From IMG/VR virus record IMGVR_UViG_3300036985_007703, positions 64,001-128,000 of that record: DNA of 64,000 nt. The stretch is one strand, 5' to 3'. The position numbers were made by a program, and so were the translations under genes. Below, piece after piece: positions 54,267-63,040 of the stretch. The stretch is from a virus. The notes under the pieces were generated by a model. That model made no database searches, was not told the origin of the DNA, and worked only from the letters and a program-made list of their open reading frames with translations. Positions within the stretch are counted from its first letter, which is position 1. Each line of letters opens with the position of its first letter.

Positions 54267-55214
54267 CTAGTTAAGCGCGTTGGCCCGCGCCCGGTAGAGC
54301 GTCGCCGCCACCTGGATCAGCTTCGCGCTTGTGTTGTGCAACGTCACCTTGAACCGCCAGTGCGCGAGCACGCGGATCGGCTTCACGGCGGGCACGATCA
54401 GGGGGTAGTGGTCCGTTCCGAGCAGCGGCAACTTGGTGACGAACTCGTTGAGGGCCACATCCGCATCGAAGAGGTGATACCCCCCCGTGCCCGCCGCGTT
54501 GAGCGTCACGGCCTCGGTCACGGGATCCCAGTCAAAGTAGCCGTGCCCCCCCGGCGCGGGCACCGGCCGCACCTTAGTGAACGCCACGTTCGCGTTCTCC
54601 TTGGCGGTCAAATCGAGGTCCCAGTTGCCCGTCCCTGGGGTCGCCGGGACGAACACATGCGCCCCGCCCCCCACCGCCACCTTGTTGTAATTGCCCGCCC
54701 CCAGATGCTCCGTCCCCGCCGTTGCAGGGCAGTACACCGTGAGCGAAACATGATCGCCGAGCGCGAACCCCGTGTGGCCGAGGTGCCCGCCCGCGAGGTA
54801 CGACCACTGCACGAACTGGAACTCCTGCACGTCGGCCCCCTGGGCGTCCGCCTCGAACGCCAACAGCTCCGTGCCGATGGTCCCTGCCGCCACGTCATCG
54901 CTGGCCCCGCAGAAGTTCGTCAGCACGCCGAGCGGGAAGAGGTTGGGCGCCGTGTACTTGCGCCCGTCCACGTCCTGGGGCTCCACGAGCGCCGCCAACG
55001 GCACCCCGCTGTGCGCCGCCACCAACGCGGCCAGCACGCCGACTTCCCCCTCGCTGAGCGTCGCCTTGAACCACAGATCGCAGGCATCTCCCGCGGTGTC
55101 GATCCGCGCTAACGCCACCGTGATCGCGCTGGTCCCCACCTCTTGGGCAAGCCGATCGGGCGCCACGCAGTGATTAAGGAAATCGCCTGAAATAGAAAAC
55201 TCGTACTTCTGCAT
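54267..55214 (-). CDS. Hypothetical virion structural protein
   Basis: 315 aa; RBS GAGGGAG; in the structural cluster. Confidence 0.6.
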   Translation of the reverse strand: MQKYEFSISGDFLNHCVAPDRLAQEVGTSAITVALARIDTAGDACDLWFKATLSEGEVGVLAALVAAHSGVPLAALVEPQDVDGRKYTAPNLFPLGVLTNFCGASDDVAAGTIGTELLAFEADAQGADVQEFQFVQWSYLAGGHLGHTGFALGDHVSLTVYCPATAGTEHLGAGNYNKVAVGGGAHVFVPATPGTGNWDLDLTAKENANVAFTKVRPVPAPGGHGYFDWDPVTEAVTLNAAGTGGYHLFDADVALNEFVTKLPLLGTDHYPLIVPAVKPIRVLAHWRFKVTLHNTSAKLIQVAATLYRARANALN

Positions 55215-55245
55215 GAATACGCTCCCTCTGCCCCACCGGAACCGA

Positions 55246-55878
55246 TCAGATCTTGCGATCTTCCACCAACAGCGACCCGTGATAGATCGCTGGATTCGTC
55301 ACCGCCGAGATGCGCGCCGTCCCGCCCGTGGTCTTCCACTGGATCTTCACCGTGTGCGAAGCCGCCGTCGCACTACGCCGCAACACAATCGACCCCGACT
55401 GGAGCTGTCCCGTTGTGACACGCATCTGGATGCCCCGCTGCACCGCCCCATCAATCAACACCTGGAAGGCGATGTCCTGGAGCGCCGAGGCATCCGCACC
55501 TACCGAGAACCAGATGTGCAGGTATCCCGCTGTCGCCACCGTCAACGTCACGCTGAGCGCCGTCAAATCTACGAACGACGTGGAAGTCGTCGTGACATCC
55601 GTCGTTACCTCGGCGAACCCCACCTGCCGGATCTCCGGCGCCGCGAGGTGGGCGTCGATCTGGGCGTGCGTGTTCGTCCCCCGATCGGCGATGTTCAGAT
55701 GCGAGAGCTGATCCGATGCCCCCTGGGAGTGGCTCGCCGCATGCGCCGTCGCCAGCGTCTCCTCGGTCCCGTCGTCCTTCTTCGAGTACCAGACGCCATC
55801 CAGCTTGGGATAGAGCTTCTGGAACCCCGTCGAAGGCGTGGCGTGCGTGTCGCTCTTGCTGATATTCAACTCACCCAT
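55246..55878 (-). CDS. Short fibre-like protein with a beta-sandwich C-terminus
   Basis: Start reassigned to ATG 55878 (RBS AGGAGG); HAASH..G.SD, HAQIDAHL and TTSTSFVDL fibre motifs. Confidence 0.65.
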   Translation of the reverse strand: MGELNISKSDTHATPSTGFQKLYPKLDGVWYSKKDDGTEETLATAHAASHSQGASDQLSHLNIADRGTNTHAQIDAHLAAPEIRQVGFAEVTTDVTTTSTSFVDLTALSVTLTVATAGYLHIWFSVGADASALQDIAFQVLIDGAVQRGIQMRVTTGQLQSGSIVLRRSATAASHTVKIQWKTTGGTARISAVTNPAIYHGSLLVEDRKI

Positions 55879-55889
55879 CGTGCCGCCTC

Positions 55890-56270
55890 CTACAGGATGA
55901 ACACGCGCCCCTCGACGCGTAGTTCCCCCTCCAACGTCAACTGATCCGCGATGATGAACTGATACGGAATCCGCACCCACGCCACTTCATCCGCATAGAC
56001 CCACTCGCGCATGTAGGCGAGCCCCGTCCCCCCGTGCGCCAGCTCCTTGAGCGTCATGGGCTCGGGCACCGCCACGTCCTGGAACGTCAGGTTGTCGTCC
56101 GCATCCCGCGTGACGAGCACCTGGGCATCGTTCGAGATGTCGCTCTGGATCGCCACGCCCCGGCAATCGAGGAAGTCCTCGTGCACGTCGATCTCGGACG
56201 GCGACAGATCCGTCTCTGTCCCCCCGTGGGTCGGATCCTCCCACTTCAGCGCCTGTGTACGATCTACCAT
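55890..56270 (-). CDS. Hypothetical virion protein
   Basis: 126 aa; terminal LTLEGELRVEG beta motif. Confidence 0.6.
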   Translation of the reverse strand: MVDRTQALKWEDPTHGGTETDLSPSEIDVHEDFLDCRGVAIQSDISNDAQVLVTRDADDNLTFQDVAVPEPMTLKELAHGGTGLAYMREWVYADEVAWVRIPYQFIIADQLTLEGELRVEGRVFIL

Positions 56271-56276
56271 AGGCCC

Positions 56277-56285
56277 AGCCTATCA
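56277..56285 (-). promoter_or_regulatory. Putative extended -10 promoter (TGaTAGGCT) for a leaderless transcript
   Basis: TG-N-TAGGCT 6 nt before ATG 56270, which has no clear SD. Confidence 0.35.
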
Positions 56286-56309
56286 CCGGGCGGGGATCAA
56301 CTCCAAGGT

Positions 56310-57194
56310 TCAGGCGAGGGATGATGTCGACTCATCCGCGATGTGCTGGTGCGTGCGACGGTTGATGACGTTATAAATAGTCACCGTCGTCACCCCAAAG
56401 ATTTGCGCCAACTCGACCACGGAATGGGAATCGCAAAGTCTAGCTTTTCGGATAAACAGAACATCCCCGTCATCAAAAATTGAATTTCTCGCTCTAAATT
56501 TAACGACCATGTCCCGTGCATTGTCCACGTGCGTTCCCAAAAACAGATGTTCTGGGTTCACACACGCCGGATTGTCACACCGATGCAGGACGTTCTGTCC
56601 CTCTAGGATCGCCCCGTGATGGATCTCCCAAGACACACGGTGTGCCATCACCTTCTCCTTGTGCGCCACATCGTAGATCCGCCCATACGTCACCCCCTCC
56701 ACCGCCCCCTTCCATAGCCAACACCCATCCGTCTTCTCCACATACTTCCAAAACCGCTCCTCTATCGGCACCGGCACCGGGCCATTACGCGACCCCATCC
56801 TAATCTTGGATGCCTGTGTCTTCTGAATACGCTCCTCAGACTGCCTAACCCCCGTGTTCCAGTGCCGATCCCCACTGTAGGTCCGATGCTCCTCGTAGAT
56901 CCCCTGACGCCGCAACTGCGACACAATGCGCCGCTGTGTGGTCCCAAAGTGCTCCGCCAACAATTGCGGAGATCCCCCCGCTTGATACACTGCCGCCAAC
57001 TCCTTGGCATCCACCTCCTGCTCACGCGCAACAAGCAACTGTGCCTCCCCTCGTGACCGCACTGGGATCCCCACCTTGGCCAACCGAGCCCGTATTGTGT
57101 TTGGCTTCAACCCCACCTCGTTGGCAATCTCCACCGAGGTCTTCTTTTCCACCACATACCGCATCCACAAAAACTCACGCGTCAACTCCAGCAT
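56310..57194 (-). CDS. Free-standing HNH homing endonuclease with HTH domains
   Basis: RFW..V.K...CW.W.G, YG, AHRVSW..HHG.I, LHRCDNP.CVNP.HL..GT..DN..DM; visibly lower GC than the flanks. Confidence 0.92.
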   Translation of the reverse strand: MLELTREFLWMRYVVEKKTSVEIANEVGLKPNTIRARLAKVGIPVRSRGEAQLLVAREQEVDAKELAAVYQAGGSPQLLAEHFGTTQRRIVSQLRRQGIYEEHRTYSGDRHWNTGVRQSEERIQKTQASKIRMGSRNGPVPVPIEERFWKYVEKTDGCWLWKGAVEGVTYGRIYDVAHKEKVMAHRVSWEIHHGAILEGQNVLHRCDNPACVNPEHLFLGTHVDNARDMVVKFRARNSIFDDGDVLFIRKARLCDSHSVVELAQIFGVTTVTIYNVINRRTHQHIADESTSSLA

Positions 57195-57268
57195 CGCTTC
57201 CTCCTTGGGTTCGTTGCCGGATCCGCCGTATCAATTTTTGTGTGTAAAGTAAAGGCTGGATTTAAACC

Positions 57269-58666
57269 TTACGCCAATTTTCGCCCATAATCCGCGATGG
57301 CCACGTCGAGGTCCGTCGCGTTCTTGGCGTAGCCCACGCGGATGACCTGCCCCGGCTTGGGCACGTTCGCGTAGGTCACGAGGGCGCCCGTGGTGCCGAG
57401 GTAGTAGGGCTCGCCCACGGTCGCGCCGGTCAGGCAGCCCGTGCACACGCCGCTCTTCACGACCTCGGAGGTGCCGGGGTTCGCCGCGCCGCCCGTGCGG
57501 GCCACGCCGATCGCGCGCCCGTGCGGGGCCGTGTCGTTGTCGGCGACGGCGATCTCGTTATTGGTGCCCGCCCAGCGGACCACCTTGCCCGTCGCCACGA
57601 CCTCGGTGTTGAGGTGCGTGTCCTCGACGCGCTTCGCCTCGTCGACCGCCGTCACGGAGTGCGTGTGCAAGGCATCCGCGTTCGAGCTGCTGCCCGCCGT
57701 GAGGGTGCCGAGGTTGGTCGCCGTCACGTTCGCCGACACCGCGCTGTCGTTGATCTTGAACAGCGAGGGGAGACCCACGACTCGGAGGCCATCGCCGTCC
57801 ACGTCGAGGGTGTCCGGCGTGTCGTCGATCTTGACCGAGACACCCGCTGCGACCACTTGCAGGCCGCCCAACGGCGCCGCGAGCACCGACACGACCTTCG
57901 TCGGCGAGGTACCCGTAAGCTGGAGGCCCGGATCGGTCCCGAGCGCCAAGCTGATCGCATCCGACGCAATCGCGATACCGTCACCCGCGCCCACGCCGAT
58001 GAGGTTGCCGTCCTTGTAGAGGCCGGGCCCCGCGTTGATCTGGCCCGCACCGGAGAACTGGACCCACGTCGTGTTATTGTAGGTCCACGCGGTATCCGCC
58101 CACATCCCCGCATCGCCGTTGATGAGCGCGGCCCACCCGTCCGTGGGCACCTCGAACGACCATGTGTTCAACGTGGCATTATAGGTCGCGATCTGGTTGG
58201 CCTTCGCACTGAAGGACCCCGTGGCGCCCGACGCCTTCACGATCACGCGCGTCCCGTTGGCGGGCTCGCCCGCCGTGTTCACCTGCACGATGGTCCACGC
58301 GGTGCCCGACCACTCCACGATGTCGCCATCGGTGTAACCCACGCCCCACGTGTTCACCACATAGCAGTCACCCTTTGTCGGCGTAGCTGGTGGGGCTCCA
58401 GATGGCGTGGGAACCGCATCGCTGACCATATTGAGGACGAGGGCAGGCGCCCGCCACGTGAGCCCGCTGACCGCGTTGTCGAGGTACTGCTTGGTCACCG
58501 CGTCCTGCGGATTGTCAGGATTCCCCAGACCCGTGATCTTGTGGGTGGCCATGGCGATGTTGCCGCCCATGGTGAGGCCGAACAGCGTCATGGTGTCGGA
58601 GAGGGTGTCCTGCTCCTCGTGGTAGCCGTAGGTCGGGTTGAAGAAGATGAATTTACGCTCGGTCAT
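57269..58666 (-). CDS. Head/neck fibre protein with a C-terminal cement-like (DUF2190-like) domain
   Basis: Paralogous to 12189..13391. C-terminal AD......AIGVA...V...G...G...G.PYYL...G.L.......I.VG.A. Confidence 0.65.
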   Translation of the reverse strand: MTERKFIFFNPTYGYHEEQDTLSDTMTLFGLTMGGNIAMATHKITGLGNPDNPQDAVTKQYLDNAVSGLTWRAPALVLNMVSDAVPTPSGAPPATPTKGDCYVVNTWGVGYTDGDIVEWSGTAWTIVQVNTAGEPANGTRVIVKASGATGSFSAKANQIATYNATLNTWSFEVPTDGWAALINGDAGMWADTAWTYNNTTWVQFSGAGQINAGPGLYKDGNLIGVGAGDGIAIASDAISLALGTDPGLQLTGTSPTKVVSVLAAPLGGLQVVAAGVSVKIDDTPDTLDVDGDGLRVVGLPSLFKINDSAVSANVTATNLGTLTAGSSSNADALHTHSVTAVDEAKRVEDTHLNTEVVATGKVVRWAGTNNEIAVADNDTAPHGRAIGVARTGGAANPGTSEVVKSGVCTGCLTGATVGEPYYLGTTGALVTYANVPKPGQVIRVGYAKNATDLDVAIADYGRKLA

Positions 58667-58720
58667 CGTGATCCTCCTGGGTTGGCCCGTCGCACGCGGC
58701 GTGGGCCTCTAGCGCCGGCC

Positions 58721-59200
58721 TCAGCCGACGAGCGTGCCCTCTACCGTGATCATCACGCGCGCCGTCGCGGTGGTGTCCGCACTGGTCACCGTGCCGTGCA
58801 GCGTCGCGTTGCCCGCGATAGCCGGCATGACGCCGCTCACCGGCGCCAGGGGCAGGCTCTTGCCCGCCGCCGTGACGCCCGTCAGCGCCGTCGCCGCGAG
58901 GAGGTCCACCCCGCTGACCGTGGTGCCCACGGAGACCTCGGCATCGCCCGTCCCCGCGGTCAGGCCCGTGGCCACGATGCGGCTCGGCACGAACTTGCGC
59001 GTGCCCTCGCCCTTGAGGGTGAGCGTGAAGGCCCCGGTGCCGCCCGTGAGGACGCTGGCCGCGACGGCCGCGACCTCGATGGCCATCTTGCCGCCCACGC
59101 TGGGGACCTCGAACAGCAGCTTCTCCGCCGCCGCCGTGGGGTCCGCGTCGTCGCTGAAGTGGTGCGTCGGGTTGAAGAAATTAAACTGCTTGTCTGGCAT
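58721..59200 (-). CDS. Putative capsid decoration protein
   Basis: Beta-rich, T/A/G-rich; N-terminal K.F.FFNPT shared with the 58666 gene. Confidence 0.55.
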   Translation of the reverse strand: MPDKQFNFFNPTHHFSDDADPTAAAEKLLFEVPSVGGKMAIEVAAVAASVLTGGTGAFTLTLKGEGTRKFVPSRIVATGLTAGTGDAEVSVGTTVSGVDLLAATALTGVTAAGKSLPLAPVSGVMPAIAGNATLHGTVTSADTTATARVMITVEGTLVG

Positions 59201-59237
59201 GGATGCCTCCTTCGCCCCCGACGCCCGCGACGCCGGG

Positions 59238-59639
59238 TCAGTTGTTCGTAGGGGCCGGCACGAGCCGCCCCGAATCCTGCACCAAATACTCGTCCAGGCT
59301 CACGCCCAGGCGCCCTTGGATGCGCTCCCGCAGCGCGTTGTACTCGCCTCGGATCCGCTCGATCGACGCCGTGTTCTCCGTCTGCTGCTTGCGGAACTGG
59401 TCGCGCTTGGCCTGGTACTCGATCATGAGCAGCTGCTCCTGCACCGCCAGCTTGTCCCGCACCGCCACGTTCATCTCGATGCGCGCCGTGTGCAGCTCCA
59501 ACAGGGCTATCTCCTCGCCCGTCATGTACAAGGCATCCGCTTCTGGGCCCTCAGGAGCCGCGGGGGCCGCCGCTGCCGTCACTGCCTTCAACGCCTTCGC
59601 CGCCCGCCGCACGCCTTTTTTCATCTCGTCGCTCATCAC
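59238..59639 (-). CDS. Coiled-coil hypothetical protein (possible fibre chaperone)
   Basis: Heptad-rich core; RBS AAGGAGGAG. Confidence 0.55.
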   Translation of the reverse strand: MMSDEMKKGVRRAAKALKAVTAAAAPAAPEGPEADALYMTGEEIALLELHTARIEMNVAVRDKLAVQEQLLMIEYQAKRDQFRKQQTENTASIERIRGEYNALRERIQGRLGVSLDEYLVQDSGRLVPAPTNN

Positions 59640-59659
59640 AGCTCTCCTCCTTCAGCTCG

Positions 59660-60091
59660 TCACGTCTCAGCCATGGCCCGCTTCGTTAAGGGGCCGATTT
59701 CACCCGTCAAAAATAGCACATCAGCCGCGATCGGCGCACCAAATCGCTGGATAATTACCGCGCCAGCGTCAGACCAGGGGCAGGTCTGCGTGGGCCGCCC
59801 ATCGAGCCCCACCCACACGGGGCGCGCCGGGTTCAGCCCCGCGAAGAGCCCGCGCACGAGCCCCACGCGCTGCATCAGCCCCGTAGTCGGGGTGTCCTTG
59901 CGCACGAGCACGCCCAGGGCCGGCATCCGCGCGTCCAGCGCGGGGTCCGCCCGCGTCACGCGCCAGCGCCCGGTCCCCGTCGCCCCGTCGCGCAGCGCCA
60001 GGCAGTCCCCCACAGCGTCGCCCGCGAGGCACGCCACTGGGATGGCCTCCTCCGCGTCGGTCCCGAAGCCGAAGCGCGCAACAACCGCCAC
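59660..60091 (-). CDS. Stand-alone cement-like domain protein
   Basis: RAD......PALGV...GL.P..PVWV..DG......P.....IIQR.G resembles the C-terminal domain of 57269..58666. Confidence 0.55.
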   Translation of the reverse strand: MAVVARFGFGTDAEEAIPVACLAGDAVGDCLALRDGATGTGRWRVTRADPALDARMPALGVLVRKDTPTTGLMQRVGLVRGLFAGLNPARPVWVGLDGRPTQTCPWSDAGAVIIQRFGAPIAADVLFLTGEIGPLTKRAMAET

Positions 60092-60115
60092 ACTGCGCCC
60101 CTATCCGCGCCCGCC

Positions 60116-60619
60116 CTACGGCAGGCGGCGCTCCGGCGCGAAGTGCTCGCGCCGCTTTACGTTGATCGTCCACGCCACCGTCGTGGGGGTGTCCAGGACG
60201 TTCCCACTCCGTCCCACCTTCACGACGTCCCAGTAGTGCTCGAACACCGCCACCACGTCGTCCTCCTTGGGGACCGCGCCCGCGGGGGCCGCCTGCTCCC
60301 ACGCGAGGGCCGCCACGCGCATGATCGCGTCGTACTCGACCTCCTGGCCCTCCTCGCGCACGCTGGGCTCGCGGTTCTCGCTCTCCTGGTACTCGATCAG
60401 GCACACCACGTCGAAGGGCGCGAACCAGCCCCAGGCCTCGCGGCCCGGCGCGGGCCCCCCGCCGTACACGGGGTCGCTCGGCTCGTTGTAGAGCGCGTCC
60501 ACGTTGGCCCCGCGGTTCAGGCGGTAGTACTCCGCCGTCGGGCCCACCATGGCCTGCCGCTCGGCCTCCAGCCGCTTGAGGTAGGCCGCGTCCTCTGCGC
60601 CCCTGCACTTGATCGGCAC
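60116..60619 (-). CDS. Neck / head closure protein (T4 gp14-like)
   Basis: E.....G....YY.L.......D.LY.E and PKEDDVV; near the gp13-like gene. Confidence 0.65.
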   Translation of the reverse strand: MPIKCRGAEDAAYLKRLEAERQAMVGPTAEYYRLNRGANVDALYNEPSDPVYGGGPAPGREAWGWFAPFDVVCLIEYQESENREPSVREEGQEVEYDAIMRVAALAWEQAAPAGAVPKEDDVVAVFEHYWDVVKVGRSGNVLDTPTTVAWTINVKRREHFAPERRLP

Positions 60620-60628
60620 GCCGGCCCC

Positions 60629-61084
60629 CTATGCGTCGATCAGGTCTTTGGCCAACCCGGTCAGGCGCTGCACCACGTCGGGGCGGTCCCGCAGCACCGC
60701 CGGCATCACGTGGACCGAGTACTGCTCGCTCTCCGGCACCAGCGACAGCTGCACCTCGCCCGGCAGCAGCCAGATCAGGGCCGTGCTGTAAAGGGTCTCG
60801 GCCTGCACCGCCGCGGGGAAGCGGAAGACCAATTCGCCGTCCGCCCACTTGCCCTGCAAGTTCGGCATCGGCTTGGCCTGCACGAGCTTGTTGTCGCCGT
60901 GCCAGAACTGGTCGCTCTGGGGGGCATCTGCCACCTCCTGCAGGAGGCGCCCCGGCCCCCCGCGCTCCGCACGCGCCTCGGGGGCCCCGCTCCCGCCCAG
61001 CGCCGCCCGGACGTCCGGGGGCAGCGCCGCGTAGGTGGCCTCCACGTCGCCCATCCAATCATGCACCGGCAATACCATGGTCAC
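60629..61084 (-). CDS. Hypothetical protein
   Basis: RBS GAGG after palindrome copy 9; fills the gap between the neck genes. Confidence 0.55.
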   Translation of the reverse strand: MTMVLPVHDWMGDVEATYAALPPDVRAALGGSGAPEARAERGGPGRLLQEVADAPQSDQFWHGDNKLVQAKPMPNLQGKWADGELVFRFPAAVQAETLYSTALIWLLPGEVQLSLVPESEQYSVHVMPAVLRDRPDVVQRLTGLAKDLIDA

Positions 61085-61092
61085 ACCTCGCT

Positions 61093-61112
61093 CTGCGCAT
61101 GCGCATGCGCAG
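61093..61112. promoter_or_regulatory. Conserved 20-bp palindrome, copy 9 (CTGCGCATGCGCATGCGCAG)
   Basis: Identical to copy 1, including the flanking CGTCGTCA (28 bp identical). Confidence 0.75.
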
Positions 61113-61117
61113 CGTCG

Positions 61118-61828
61118 TCATCCCATAAAGAGCGGGATCGGCGGGGCCAGCTGGCGCGCCTTCTCCTCGCACTTGTCCATGAGCTGCTGCGCGTTGCTCA
61201 GCAGCGTGTCGCCGTTCATGCTCGTGGTCCCGCTCGCCGTCGGGATCTCCGCGAACTTCGTGCGGATGTACCCGAGCGTCTCCATGCACTGCGCCAGCGC
61301 GTAGTCCAGGAGCAGCTGCTGCTCGTAGCCCTTGAGGTAGCTCAGCGCGATCGTCGTGGCGAGGTAGAACACCATCACGCGCTCCCCGCTCGCCGGGGCC
61401 GGGCTCACGATCAGCTTGCGCCGCGCCCGGTCGTAGTCCCACGCGCGCTCCGCGCTCAGTAGCCGCTTGCCCAGCTCCAGGTACTGCATGCGCTGCGCGA
61501 TGTCGACGTAGCCCTGGTTGGGGGACAGCGCCATGAGGTCTGTCGCGTTCACCTCCACCCCCGCCCACCTAAACATATCGAACAGGCTGTCGCTCTGCGC
61601 CTCGAACACGACCTCCACGGGGACCTCGCAGTCCGCGGGGAGGTCCACCTCCGACCCGTTGGTGAAGGTGATCACCGTCGCCTTCTGGTGCCCCACCCAC
61701 TGCTGGAGCCACAGGGAGGCGCGCATCACGGCGTCCGCGAGCTGGTCGTCGGTCAGCTCCACGCAGACCACGCCGTCGCCGAGCTTGCGCTTGATGTAGT
61801 CGTGTACGGCCTGCTCGGTGAGTGCCAT
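61118..61828 (-). CDS. Neck / head-tail adaptor protein (T4 gp13-like)
   Basis: YI.RKLG..V..VELTD.QL.DAV, DYALA...E.LG.IR.KF..IP...G...MNGD.L. Confidence 0.85.
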   Translation of the reverse strand: MALTEQAVHDYIKRKLGDGVVCVELTDDQLADAVMRASLWLQQWVGHQKATVITFTNGSEVDLPADCEVPVEVVFEAQSDSLFDMFRWAGVEVNATDLMALSPNQGYVDIAQRMQYLELGKRLLSAERAWDYDRARRKLIVSPAPASGERVMVFYLATTIALSYLKGYEQQLLLDYALAQCMETLGYIRTKFAEIPTASGTTSMNGDTLLSNAQQLMDKCEEKARQLAPPIPLFMG

Positions 61829-61840
61829 GGCGGCTCCTTG

Positions 61841-62497
61841 TTACTGGGCGCCCAGCGCGTCCATCGCTGCGGCGGCATCGGCCACGGCGCCCTCGGCATC
61901 CGTGTCCTCCGCATCGCTCGCCTCTTCGGCATCCGCCTCCTCGTCCCCGGCCGCATCCGCCGCGGCCTGCGCCGCCTCGTCCGCGACCTTGGCCGCCTCG
62001 TCCGCGTACTTGCCCACGACGCCCATCACGGCCTGCTGGATGGCGTCCACGATGCCGTAGAGGTCCTCGGCCGGCGCGCCGCCCCGCTTGAGGGCGCTCA
62101 TCGCCGCCTCGCCCACGGCCGCGAGCACGAGCTGCACGCCATCCGCGCCGAACTGCGCCTGCGGGGAGACCGCCTGCTGGATGTCGGGGGGGAGGTCCTC
62201 CGCCGACACGGGGCTATCCCCCGGCAGCGTGTCCTTCGCGGCCTGCTCGCGCAGCACCGCGCGGTCCACCCAGAGGTGGCGCGGGACCTCGCCCTCGGGC
62301 GCGCGCGGCAAGAACAAGTAGACGTCCTCCCGGAAGAAGGCCGCCCCGTTGCCGCCCCGCACCACGAGGCCCACGGGCGAGGACATCTCGACGATGCCCT
62401 CCGCCACGGGGTGCCCGAGGCGCGTCACCACGGTCACGCGCTCGCCCGCGCCCAGCGTGGCCGCCGCCGCCGCGCCATCCATGCGCCTGCGCCCCAT
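61841..62497 (-). CDS. Hypothetical protein with an acidic Ala-rich tail
   Basis: 218 aa, packed between neighbours; start uncertain. Confidence 0.55.
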   Translation of the reverse strand: MGRRRMDGAAAAATLGAGERVTVVTRLGHPVAEGIVEMSSPVGLVVRGGNGAAFFREDVYLFLPRAPEGEVPRHLWVDRAVLREQAAKDTLPGDSPVSAEDLPPDIQQAVSPQAQFGADGVQLVLAAVGEAAMSALKRGGAPAEDLYGIVDAIQQAVMGVVGKYADEAAKVADEAAQAAADAAGDEEADAEEASDAEDTDAEGAVADAAAAMDALGAQ

Positions 62498-62500
62498 CGG

Positions 62501-62869
62501 TCAGCGCCCGCGCCGCGCGGCCCGCGCCGCCGCCTTCGCCAGGGGGGCCGCATCGCCGCCCTCGCCGGAGGCCTCGGGCTCCGCGCTCGGGGCCTCGGGC
62601 TCCTCAGCCGGCCCCGGCTCCGGGACGGGCGCCGGCAGGGGCTCCGCCACCGGGAGCGCCGCCTTGAACTTCGCCGCCGCGTCGAAGACCTCGACCACAA
62701 GGCCCTCCTTGATCCACGGACTCAGGTCGAGGTCCGTGTCCACCACCTCGCCGGGGCGGATGAGCACGTCCTTGCGTACCGTCACCGCATACGGGAGCCC
62801 CGGCCGCCGCTCCGGCACGTGCACCGCGAGCGACTGCATCTTCACCCCCTCCGCCAGCTTGTACCTCAT
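62501..62869 (-). CDS. Hypothetical protein downstream of the capsid gene
   Basis: RBS GGAGGAGGAG; Pro/Glu-rich linker. Confidence 0.65.
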   Translation of the reverse strand: MRYKLAEGVKMQSLAVHVPERRPGLPYAVTVRKDVLIRPGEVVDTDLDLSPWIKEGLVVEVFDAAAKFKAALPVAEPLPAPVPEPGPAEEPEAPSAEPEASGEGGDAAPLAKAAARAARRGR

Positions 62870-62916
62870 CGCTGCTCCTCCTCCGTGCGGCCCGCATGGG
62901 GCCTGCGTCTCGCCCC

Positions 62917-62945
62917 ACTATAGCCGCCCCCGCGCGCCTTGTCTA
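62917..62945 (-). promoter_or_regulatory. Putative sigma70-type promoter
   Basis: TAGACA-17 nt-TATAGT (5/6 and 5/6 matches) in the intergenic gap upstream of 62869. Confidence 0.65.
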
Positions 62946-62965
62946 ACAAGCACACAGCGCTGCCG

Positions 62966-62983
62966 CGCCCCCTCGCGGGGGCG
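62966..62983 (-). terminator. GC-rich hairpin downstream of the capsid gene (possible terminator or stabiliser)
   Basis: CGCCCCC-GCGA-GGGGGCG with a GNRA loop on the minus strand; no clear U-tract. Confidence 0.4.
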
Positions 62984-63040
62984 GGCTCTCAGGCTGGATC
63001 GATCGGGGAGGGGGTCACGCCGCTAGGGCGTGGGGATGGC

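Noticed and set aside
5980-61120. Palindrome as a stop-codon readthrough or SECIS-like recoding signal
   Set aside because: Only 3 of 7 intergenic cases put the next gene in frame (gaps 40, 35, 36, 42, 34, 40, 33 nt), which is about chance. Both TGA and TAG stops precede it.
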